Source: Octopus sinensis (Eukaryota). Taken from it: 64,000 bases of DNA. This document shows, in pieces, positions 53,171-64,000 of this stretch. The notes under the pieces were generated by a model. That model was not told the DNA's origin and searched no databases. It was given only the letters and a program-made list of their open reading frames with translations. A program made the translations under genes and the position numbers. The DNA lies in contig NC_042998.1 of the NCBI RefSeq assembly GCF_006345805.1, positions 19,158,001 to 19,222,000 of the forward strand. The letters run 5' to 3'. Positions within the stretch are counted from its first letter, which is position 1. Every line of letters begins with the position of its first letter.

Positions 53171-54299
53171 TGTACACATATGTGTTTCAATGAAGCTTAA
53201 AAAACTGGTCAGCTTCTGTTTTTGTCTGAATATCTGATGGCTTTTATTGTTACATTTTCGAATCGCTAATTGCTCAACACCCGATTTTTTCATTCACACA
53301 CCTACTCCCACCTCAGCCATCGATTAATGAAGTAGTACTACCGCTAACACCTTCACATTGTGTAAATATTATATCCTCGCCCACTGAAAAATTAATTTTC
53401 AGTTAAATAATTCAATCTCGCGTTATAAATTTTCAAATAAAGATATGAAAACACAGTAAACTTTATTTAATTTGAATAATTGTGTGAAGATATTTCATGA
53501 TAATAGATTCATTATAGAGATAATAATTACACACTGATTGCATTAAAAAATTAAAATGTAAACCTTACAGGGTTATTAGGTTTTAACTTACTCTGAAAAT
53601 ACATTTAAAAGCATAAAAATACACACACACACACATACACTTATGCACAGACACACATAAAAACCTATACGAATTCACATATTGGGTGTAACAGCAACGA
53701 GTACACTTTCAAGTTTATATTGAAATTACAATGAGAGCATGTAAAATAACTTAAATGAGAAGAAAACGGTATAACTGAATCTATATCTATGGATATATAT
53801 AACAGTCATACACGCACACTCACAAGGAGGCACGGTCACATACATGCACGTGCACACATACGCACGCAATCACACACACACACACAAACGTGACAAACAA
53901 AGCACCAGCCACACGCGAAAACTACAATTCCATATATCCCGTAATTACACTGACGTACACACTATTACACCTACGCAGGCCCGCACCTCTTCTTGCATTC
54001 ACTGCTGTCTCTTGTAACACATTATTTAACTACCACAAAGAGAAAATCCTCATAGCTTTTGCGCTGAAAATATTCGCTATTATTTACTTTCCTTCTTTTT
54101 CCATATTCTCCTTATTTCGTTGCCCATCTTAACGGACTGCAGGCCACTCTGTGAAGAACAATGTCGAATATACCATGAGACGTCATACCGACTATTTCTT
54201 TGAAAGTGAACAATATAATTTTTATATATTATATAGTTTTATACATTATATAAGGTGCCAGAAGGTTGATGATGCATGAACAAGTATGTTTTGATTACT

Positions 54300-54497
54300 A
54301 GCTTTAAAGGTGTCGCAAAAGACCTGGTTGAAAGCTCAATCTTCCGAATTCATTCAAAGGACTTAGAAACAAACTGAAGCAACGCTGCAATAAGATTACG
54401 AATCTGAAAGGGGAATATGTTGAATAAAACTTTAATTCATTAACCCTTTTGTATTCTCTGTTATCCCCAGACAGGAACTTTTCAACACCCATCCGTA
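54300..54497 (+). mobile_element. mariner 3' remnant with right TIR
   Basis: KLKQRCNKITNLKGEYVE* (mariner C-terminus), followed by GGAACTTTTTCAACACCCATCCG|TA. Confidence 0.65.
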
Positions 54498-55056
54498 TAT
54501 AGGAACATGTATCCATGTATATACCTATATGTGAAAAAGGTAGAATTGAGATTCGTCCTTTAATTTGGAAGTTTCCAAGAAAAAAGTTCTAATATTCATT
54601 CTTCATATTTTGCAGGTAATTTAAAGGCGTAAATTTGCGAATATGCAAATAATATTATATAGGACGTGTTGTGAATTTATGGAAAGAAATCCCATAAAAC
54701 TAAACAATTTAATTAAACATGGAGATGTTAAAATATATACTGAACGTAAAATGATTCTTATTTTTTTCTCATAGGGATAAATATGACTCTCCTAGACTCT
54801 ACTCTGCTATTTCCTTTCTCGAGGTCTTTGTAAAAAGTTTGTTTATACTTCTTGCACTGAAGCGTGCATTGATATAATTTAATTTAATTCAATTCACCCA
54901 TGAAATTGTATGAATTTTATACGTGTACGAAACGATCGTCTGCAAGAAATCAAATTCTCTTATATATTTTGACATCTTCTCTTCTTAATTTTTAACTAAA
55001 TTGTTGAGTTTTATGGGGTTTCTTCCCATAAATTGAGAACTCATATACAAGTATGT

Positions 55057-55092
<36 letters not shown>

Positions 55093-55680
55093 GTAAAGAA
55101 CACGGAGAGTATGAACGTAGGAGAAATCAATTTATTTATATGAGAGTCAATTTCATGTCACCTACAAACATTTCAATTCTTTATCTTCATTAATATTTTA
55201 CGATTATAATTGCATCATGATTTTTAATGTTAAAATCTCTGCAGGGCAAAATTGACATATGTTCATTTACATCCTAATAGAAGGAGATTTCTTTACAGAC
55301 TGAATACCTGCATATGATTCTGTGTGTGTATGAAAGCGAGAGTATGTGTGTCAGCATGTGTATATTTGGATTCAGTTCTGAAGATGCTACAGGTTCAACT
55401 GCAACCACAGTGGACAATTGCTATTCGCAGTTCGAAAAGAAGTAGGTCATACTACTATCCCCGCTAAATGGAAATTAGATAATTTTCTTTAAAGGCTGGC
55501 TGTCACTCCATGCGAAAAGAACAAACGAGAATAATATTTATATATATATTCATTTAACTGTCTCTTATTTCATTGTGAAAATTTCAATTCTTATTAAAAA
55601 TATATTTTTATTCATATATATATATATATATATATTAGTTTTATTGTTTGATAGTTTGGGATATATATATATATATATAT

Positions 55681-55906
55681 AATAATAAATATTAGGGAAT
55701 AAATCCAAATTTACAGGGAAAAAATCAGATTTAGGATTAAATCTAATTTTATAGTAAAATATTATATAATATTAATTAGAGACAAAACCACTATTTTGCA
55801 AAACAAACAAGGAAAGACTTAATCAATACATAAAATTTTAATAAAATTTTATGTATTGATTAAGTCTTTCCTTGTTTGTTTTGCAAAATAGTGGTTTTGT
55901 CTCTAA

Positions 55907-55922
<16 letters not shown>
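55681..55922. mobile_element. second, centrally shorter copy of the 10951 palindromic element
   Basis: Same left extension AATAATAAATATTAGGGAATAAATCC..., arms fold at A55841, no hammerhead region, in (TA)n. Confidence 0.85.
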
Positions 55923-55946
<24 letters not shown>

Positions 55947-56349
55947 GGTTTAATTAGTTTTTATATATTTTAATGGGATATCAATCACTATGAATTGATG
56001 TATCACATATATGGCGTTAGATTACCTTCAAATGGTGAGATTACATCCTATATACATGAACTCACGCATACATACACACACACACACAAACACACCACAC
56101 ACACACACACACAGACACACATATATATATATATCGTTTTTGGATTTGGCACTAGAATGATTCTCCCCAGACACAAAAATATGTGTATATATATAGAGAG
56201 AGGGAGAGAGACAAAGAGAGAGAGAGAGATATATATATACATATGTGTGTGTGTGTGTATTCCTTTACCTTATAAATATAACTCTCTCACTGCGATTGTG
56301 CCAATAAAAATTAAAATAGACGTCCATTAAGGAATTTTTATAGAGAAAA

Positions 56350-56706
56350 AAGTGTAATATGTAGGTGTAAAATAATGTCACGAGGTTGGGGTGCAGAATT
56401 ACTACTTTATAGGTTCCGCGGAAAGTATATAGCAAGAAGGGTAACCAACCATGAAACCACTTTTAGGGATAAGAGAAAAGCTAGCACTAGTTTAAGTAGA
56501 TTAATATGGTCAAAAATAACTATGCGCTGAAATGGGAAGTAATTAGCTGGGCAAAAGATTATACTATTGGAAGGACAAGGTGTGACTTATGCGTAGAGGA
56601 AATTGTCTGGATCATTACTTCCAAACGCAAATTAAGCAACCAGAAGAGAGAAAAAGAATTTTGTTGTCCACACAGTTTAATAAATACGTTAAGTAAATTC
56701 AAATAA
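56350..56706 (+). pseudogene. Penelope-like element GIY-YIG endonuclease remnant
   Basis: Across frameshifts: YFIGSAE..RRVTNHETTF..STSLSRLIW..LKWEVISWAKDY..G..RCDLCVEE..I..L.NQKRE..CCPH, the PLE endonuclease C-terminal pattern. Confidence 0.75.
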
Positions 56707-56999
56707 ATGAAATTAAATAGACACTATAAGAATAGATATATGTCGAGTAAATCCAAATAAATATAATCAAATAGGTATTATGGTAATAAATTAAGATCTA
56801 GAACACATGAACAAATGACTATAATATTAATCTAACAGAGGAAAGCCTTCGTATCAACTAATATATCTAAGTAAATCAACAATTATATTAAATAAATGAG
56901 GGAGAGAGAGCTTGTCATATTCATATACATATGTTGAATTTGAAATCATAAATTATATTTAAATCAGCACTCCAGGAATGATTAACTTAAAATAAATAT

Positions 57000-57090
57000 A
57001 GGTGCAGGAGTTGCTGTGTGTTAAGAAGCTTCTTTCGAACCACAGGCTTCCAGGTTCAGTGCCACTGCGCGACATCTTGGGATTCAGGCG
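57000..57090 (+). mobile_element. degenerate SINE-A-like head
   Basis: AGGTGCAGGAGTTGCTGTGTG...GGTTCAGTGCCACTGCG. Confidence 0.6.
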
Positions 57091-59275
57091 TGCTACCAGC
57101 CAATTCCCACCGAATCCAAAGACACACACACACACACACATGCTGCAATCCAATGTGTATGGATGTCTCCATCTATTAGCATGTGAATGAATAATGTGTC
57201 AATTTTGCTCCGAAGACATTTTCACTTTTTAAATTCATAATGCAATTTTAATTGTGAAATATGAATGATGGCAAGAAATTGAAACGTGCGTAGGTGACAT
57301 GACATTAACTATTATATACATAAATTGATTTTTTTCTGTGTAAATGTAATAAACGAAGCTGCAAAATGTACAAGAGGGACAAACAACTTTAATAACTTTC
57401 CAAATTTTAATAGCTAGAGTCAAAATTCTAATATTTCAGGATAATGTCTTTTATCAAAAGATAGAGTAATGCATAGAGGGAGAACAGTAAAGTCAGTGAG
57501 GGAGAAGACAGGTGGGACTGTGGTTGTATGGGGAAGTTAAGAAGGGAGACGTTGTAGGATATTGTGCGCAGGTAAGGGTTATTAATAGTGTTTTAGAGGT
57601 TATATGAAAGATAGAGGAATGTGTGCGTCATTTGGTGTATTAGATTGTATGTGGAAATATGCATTTGGGTACTTATTATGATATAATGTATTGAGTTTGC
57701 GTTGAAAGTTTGCTAATTTAGTCACTTTCTATAAAATATTCGTGGATGAGGTCAAGTAGGCAAAGGAAAGAATGAGAGAAAAATGGTTAGGCAAACATAA
57801 TGGTATAAGCATGAGATACTTCTTATGAAACGGTTTTTTAAAAAAGGTAAATAATATACGCTTTAAACATTTCATTAAGAGCATCCTTTAGATATTTATG
57901 CTTATTCTTCTGCCAGTCTCTGAAATCGTCAATCTAGATAAATACTTTGACAAGATATTGCCAATGTCACTGATTATGTCTCGGTATGGAACAGATGTAT
58001 GGCCGGTGTGATAGCTAGGAAGAATTATAATATCAGGTATTTTTGTTGAGAACCTGTCTAGTCTAGGACAATATCGACATGATGTAAATTCAGCTGAAAT
58101 TAGGATTTTCGATAAATACAACCACAATCGACTATATTTTACGACTAAGCTATGTTGCATCTCCAAGAAAATTTGACGGAAACTATTTTAGTTATGTTTG
58201 CAATTAATCGTCGTCATACTCATCCTATATCCAATTTAGAGATTCTTTCTTACCGCATTATAACAATTAAATATGTCACTACTAAGTTCAAAACTCCACA
58301 TAAATGGACATTAAATTAAGATTCTTCCAATATTTTGAACATCCTTTTCTAAAGTTCCTCCCCTTCTTCCTCCTTTTTCTAAAGTTGCCTCCCGATTAAT
58401 TTACGTTTTCGCTATTTATATTCCGTAGATTTTTTCAGTAGTGATAATGAAATCATTTCTAGACATGTTTTTACTTCATTCTTTTGATTGTTGATTAACG
58501 TTTGAGAACGATAGACCTGTAAACGTCACTGAATATATATTTCAGTGTGTATGATCAGAAGAATAATCAGTTATTAATACGAAAGCTGGTGTATTGCGAC
58601 AGTTTATATCATATATTTCATGAATATTATGCCACAAAGAAAGTGCGGAAATGCACGTATGTATGCATGAATGCATGCATGTTAGTATATCAAATGTAAG
58701 AAAAGCATTTTAAATAAAAATGTAATTTAAACTCGATTTGAAACGAGTGTAAAATAGTATAAAACTAGGATTGAATTACGTTTTTGGTGGGAATACAACA
58801 AATCGATTGGAAGTATTGCAAGATATGGGAAGCCTTCATAAGAGATACATTGCAGGTTTTCAGACCACAGTGATACTATCTGATGCTTTGGAATATGTAG
58901 CGTATGGAAAATATTATATGAAAACACTGGACTCTCAAAACTACATAACATCTAAGAGTTGAGAATTCTAATTGGCAATCCTAAAACACGAACGTACAAT
59001 GCCATGCTTAATTTCTAGAATAATTTCATATGCATGCTAAAGATTGCTTATAAACTTGCGCTTTAGCCTCTCACCCAAATGTAAAATTTCAAGCAAAATT
59101 TTGATCGTTACTGAAGGTAATTTACAACGCAAATTATTATTAAGGAAAATGTTGGAATTGTACCAGGAAACAATATTACATACAAGCACGCACACACATA
59201 TATGCATAAATACATCCACACATTCGTTCAAGTATGTTTACATTTATGTGTACATATGTGTGTTTGCGTGTGCGT

Positions 59276-59350
<75 letters not shown>

Positions 59351-60004
59351 TCTATTCAAAGATACAATAATGAACATAGTAATTATGTTTCAAAGATCAG
59401 TCTTGTCTGCAGGAAGTCATCATTAATGCTGTAGATTAACGTTTGGCCCTTATCATATATCGATTAATGAGCTCGAAGGAAATCTAATGCCGATTCTCTT
59501 CGAACGCACAAATACAAATTAACTTTGTGGCAGTGTTTGCTTTTATTAACAGATAATTATTCCTATGCTTTTCAAATTATTTTTCCTTTTTTTCTTTTAT
59601 TTTTAGCGTACCCTATTATCTTCGACCTCCTTTCTCTTTTCCTTTCGACCCATTCTATTTGCGTAAATATCACAATAATATTCTATAAAATATAAAACGT
59701 ATAATTTTAGTCTCCACTAAATAGAAAACCTTTAGGCATTGTGAGCGATTCTATGCAATTATTCTCCTGATTAAGATGGCAGCCAAATTCCCCTTATATC
59801 ATAGCCTGCTGTGTTGACCAAACCTCTAAATTTACAAGTTTTTTAAAATTCTCTCTTTGTTTATTATCTCTTATTCCTTTCTGTTAAAGAGCGTAGGCTT
59901 GAAATGTAAAATACGTTCACACTTTCCCGAGCGTCAAACTAAAAAACCTGCTTGTTGGTCATACACCTGTTTTCGTCTTTTGTTTTTCTGTAAATTTCAA
60001 CTAT

Positions 60005-60070
<66 letters not shown>

Positions 60071-60457
60071 ATGTTTGTTCAGGTATCCTAGAAAAGTAAG
60101 GCTGAATGAACAGGGTAGCATTGGTATTCCTCATAGGTTTGCTATTCGGTGTCGGTGTTTGGATTACAATACTGTCAGTGATAACGCCAACCCATAGAAA
60201 GACGTACGAAGACACTTATTTAGTCGAAGAGTGTAATATGTGTAGATAACATTGTAATTATCACTATGAGCATCAACATGAGGCGCATCTCGACGATAGC
60301 CACCATCTTCCTCACATGTACCATCACCACAAACACGGCGAACGCGAGCACCACCGTCCCCTCGAGTGTTAGCACTCTTATTTGCACTGAATAGGAAGGC
60401 GAGTCTTCAGAAACATCACAATAGCATGTTAAATGTTTAATATCACTTTCTTTCCCG

Positions 60458-60690
60458 AGGCGGCGATTTGGCAGAATTGTTAGCGCGATGGAGGAAAATG
60501 CTCAGCGGCATTTCGTCCGTCCTTACGTTCAGAATTCAAATTCCGTCGAGGACAAATCTGCCTTTCATCCGTTTAGATGGTCCATAAAAAATTACGAGTT
60601 ATTTACTGGTATTATACGCTTCAATGCAGTTGACTTACCCCTCCCTCAAAAATTGCAGGCGTTGTGCCAAAATTTGTACCCAATATTACT
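60458..60690 (+). mobile_element. degenerate SINE-B-type copy (alternative tail)
   Basis: AGGCGGCGATTTGGCAGAATTGTTAG...AGAATTCAAATTCC...CTTTCATCC. Confidence 0.7.
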
Positions 60691-61541
60691 TTCGATCCTC
60701 TATGATGTGAGAGGATATTAGCTTTCATATTTTCTTGGATCGATAAACTATTGCCATGTATTTAATACAACATTCTGTTCGATGAAACCTCTCCACAACA
60801 AATATAATTCCTTATGCCAACATAAGGAAATGTTATTTTGTAGATTTAATGGATGCGTTTCATATAGCTGTAATGATAAAAATCTATTGATTTGCATAGT
60901 ATAACTTGAAGCATTCAATAAATTCTATTATAAGCAGGATTTAAAAGGTTTTACTTATACTTTATTTTTTGAAAAAAGAAGATAATTATATTTCATAATT
61001 ATATTCCATTGCATCAAATATTGATTTATGAATGGATAAAGGGAAATGACTTCCAGATATATCTCATGATGAAGCGTGTTAACAATAAAACAATAACTAC
61101 CGCTCTTTTCTCTTTCATTGAACACACTATTATAAATGTATCTGATGTAGTCCTTGGGTGGAATACATTCAACCTGTACTAGTGTTCTGTAAAGTACCAC
61201 AAGAGAATTTTTGTTTTATTTGCCGACGTTCTATTCATTACTATTCGCCATATTGTGCAGCTATATTACTTGACTTATTACCTTTAGGTGAAACGTAGAC
61301 GTCACAATCACCTATTTACGACGTCTTTATATATTTCTCTTTTATACGTACACCCAAAAAATATCAATATATGGCACAATGCAGAGGTATGTTCTCTACG
61401 CTTTGTTTCTGTGTAGTGATACGTCCTCAAGATTCTGTAGGTAAAATTCGAGAGCGTTCTAAAATACATGAATATCACACTAGAGACTCACTAAATAAAT
61501 CGTTAATGTCAAAATTTCTTGAACCTCTTCCTCTACCTTAT

Positions 61542-61994
61542 AGGCGCAGGAGTGGCTGTGTGGTAAGTAGCTTTCTTACCAACCACATGGTTCCGGGTTC
61601 ATTCCCACTGCGTGTCACCTTGGGCAAGTGCCCTCTGCTATAGCCCCGGGCCGACCAAAGCCTTGTGAGTGGATTTTGTAGACGGAAACTGAAAGAATCC
61701 CGTCGCATATACGTATATATATATATATGTGTGTGTGTATGTGTGTGTGTGTCCGTGTGTGTGTGTGTGTATGTTTGTGTGTATGTGTTTGTCTCCCCCC
61801 CCCAACATCACTTGACAACCGATGGTGGTGTATCTACGTCCCTGTAACTTGGCGGTTCGGCATAAGAGACCGATAGAATAAGTGCTAGGCTTCCAAAGAA
61901 TAAGTCCTGGAGTCGATTTGCTCGACTAAAAGCGGTGCTCCAGCATGGCCGCAGTCAAATGACTGAAACAACTAAAAGAGTAAAAAGAGAGTAA
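61542..61994 (+). mobile_element. SINE family A (full length)
   Basis: AGGCGCAGGAGTGGCTGTGTGGT head, internal (TA)/(TG), AAAGAGTAAA tail. Confidence 0.9.
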
Positions 61995-62045
61995 GGAGTG
62001 CATTAACTTTTAGCAATAGGTCTCGGTAGTGGATAGAACCATATA

Positions 62046-62278
62046 TATTTCTTTACTACCCACAAGGGGCTACGCACAGAGGGGACAAACAAGGACAGAC
62101 AAACAGATTAAGTCGATTACATCGACCTCAGTGCGTAACTGATAGTTAATTTATCGACCCCGAAAGTATGAAAGGCAAAGTCGACCTCGGCGGAATTTCA
62201 ACCCAGAACGTAACGGCAGACGAAATACGGGTACGCATCTCGCCCGGAGTACTAACGTTTCTGCTAGCTCGCCGCCTT
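62046..62278 (-). mobile_element. SINE family B monomer
   Basis: Reverse complement of the head plus one unit. Confidence 0.88.
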
Positions 62279-62800
62279 AGATAGAACCATATAACAACTA
62301 GATAAGTATAGATCAAGATGGTTATTTTTGTTCTCATTAAGCAGAATAAATCATTTTTAATTACAAGCAATAACTACGCCTACACCAATATCTATCATGT
62401 TCAAACAATTTCAGAAACAATCTCAGCACACCGCAGGAGTACAATCTATATGTAACATCGCAGAGCGTATAGCATACACTTAGATTAAAATTTTCAGCTG
62501 CAAAATGGCTTTGCAGAAAAATTGTCATAATTATCAAATAAGATAGATGTTAGCTTTTGTTTTCTTTCCCACTCGCTATTCACCATGTTAAGTTAGTTAT
62601 AATTTGAATTCAAGAATTTTATTCTGTAAATGGAAAATATTGCTAATGGAAAATATGCTAATCTATGATATTCTTTACTCTTTATTGACTAATCTCTGAG
62701 CGTTATGTTATTCTTGTGTCATCCGTATATGTAACAGTGAAAATAATTTCCCTCAGTAACTGGCTAACACATACACCCCATAACCGACATACTCACAGCG

Positions 62801-62840
<40 letters not shown>

Positions 62841-63074
62841 CATACATACATGTATATATATATATACGTGTGTGTGTGTGCATGTGTGTATCTGCGAGTG
62901 TAATGTGTGTATGCATAAGTATATGTAAATTAAATGTATATATATATATATATAAAGACGTACATATTTTTCTACACTGTGGGGGATTGAATACAGTATG
63001 AAAACTGAAGGAGCGACCACCAATCCCTGGGGGCTGAAGCAATTGCGCTCTTTTACGTATTAGAAAATTATGCT

Positions 63075-63078
63075 ACAT

Positions 63079-63173
<95 letters not shown>

Positions 63174-63175
63174 AC
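63075..63175. repeat. (GTA)n microsatellite
   Basis: Visible run. Confidence 0.95.
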
Positions 63176-63337
63176 AGCAGCAGCAATCGTATAGTAGGCA
63201 CAGAGGGGATATTCATTCTTACCTCACGCTATTTCGTCACCTTCATCTATGACCTCAGTTGAGAAATGTTCCCAAAATAAAGGAAATTTAATTTCAAAAT
63301 AAAAAACGAATAGCATTATGCACACGTAGTATATATA

Positions 63338-63895
63338 TTGGGTTGTCCGGAAACTTCGTGCCGATTTATAACAGCTTACCTTTCGACTTGTTTTAGAACG
63401 TGGTTGAGTCCATAAAATAGGATTTGACTACACCAGCATTTAGAGCACATTTTAAGCTATATTTTCGTGTAAGAAGTTTTATGTCCCTATAAACTGTATT
63501 AATTCTGTAACCCTTTAAAATGGAAGATGAGAAAGTTCATTTTCGGCACTTGATGTTTTCGCACCCAGACAAAAATTGCTGCAGCTCGGCTGGGATGTGT
63601 TACCCCACCCTCCATATTCACCAGATATTGCTCCTTCGGACTTCCACTTATTCAGGTCTCTCTAGACCTTAATGGTAAAAAATTCAATTCCTTGGATGAC
63701 GTAAAAAGAACATTGATGAATTTTTTGCCATGAAACCATCTCAATTCTGGGTAGAGGGTATTTTCAACTGAAAGGAAAGATGGAGAAGCAATGTGCAACA
63801 AAATGGTTGATATTTGGTTGATTAAAAATATTTTAGCAAGTATTTATTGACCTTTTTCTTTCCTTTAAAAATCGGAACGAACTTTCCGGAAAATG
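63338..63895 (+). mobile_element. internally deleted mariner with both TIRs
   Basis: TIRs TTGGGTTGTCCGGAAACTTCGTGCCGATTT and AAATCGGAACGAACTTTCCGGAAA, TA flanks; MEDEKVHFRHLMF joined to RQKLLQLGWDVLPHPPYSPDIAPSDFHLFRSL. Confidence 0.9.
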
Positions 63896-64000
63896 TATAT
63901 CTTTCTTTCGGCTAGTGAATATTTAGCAATATATAGTATACTGTCATTGAATATTCATATTTCTCTGGACAACACATTCCATGGTTTGTCGAATCATATA

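Noticed and set aside
57888-58166. Possible Penelope RT-endonuclease linker (SVPYRDIISDIGNILSKY)
   Set aside because: One short motif only; insufficient without a search.

Overview
AT-rich, microsatellite-dense eukaryotic DNA with no confidently identifiable host protein-coding exon. The repeat families, recognised from memory and not by database search, look like those of an octopod cephalopod (Octopus-like), so this is probably intronic or intergenic sequence. Content: many tRNA-derived SINEs (informal labels SINE-A, -B, -C, -E), a (TAA)n-associated short non-autonomous element (family D), a 5'-truncated R4/Dong-clade LINE, a decayed RTE-like LINE ending in three C2H2 fingers, three mariner remnants, a Helitron/Helentron-like non-autonomous element and a Penelope-type GIY-YIG remnant. 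Almost all ORFs in the supplied track are microsatellite or SINE artefacts. Most interesting: (1) a microsatellite-embedded palindromic element carrying back-to-back type I hammerhead ribozymes (10951-11362), with a shorter second copy at 55681-55922 whose two arms co-vary; (2) a second divergent palindrome built from a tRNA B-box head, an (AAT)n tract and a hammerhead-like tail (8011-9640); (3) a TSD-bounded tripartite retro-chimera, SINE head + near full-length 5S rRNA + SINE concatemer (3026-4027); (4) head-to-tail SINE-B concatemers with one fixed junction at five loci.
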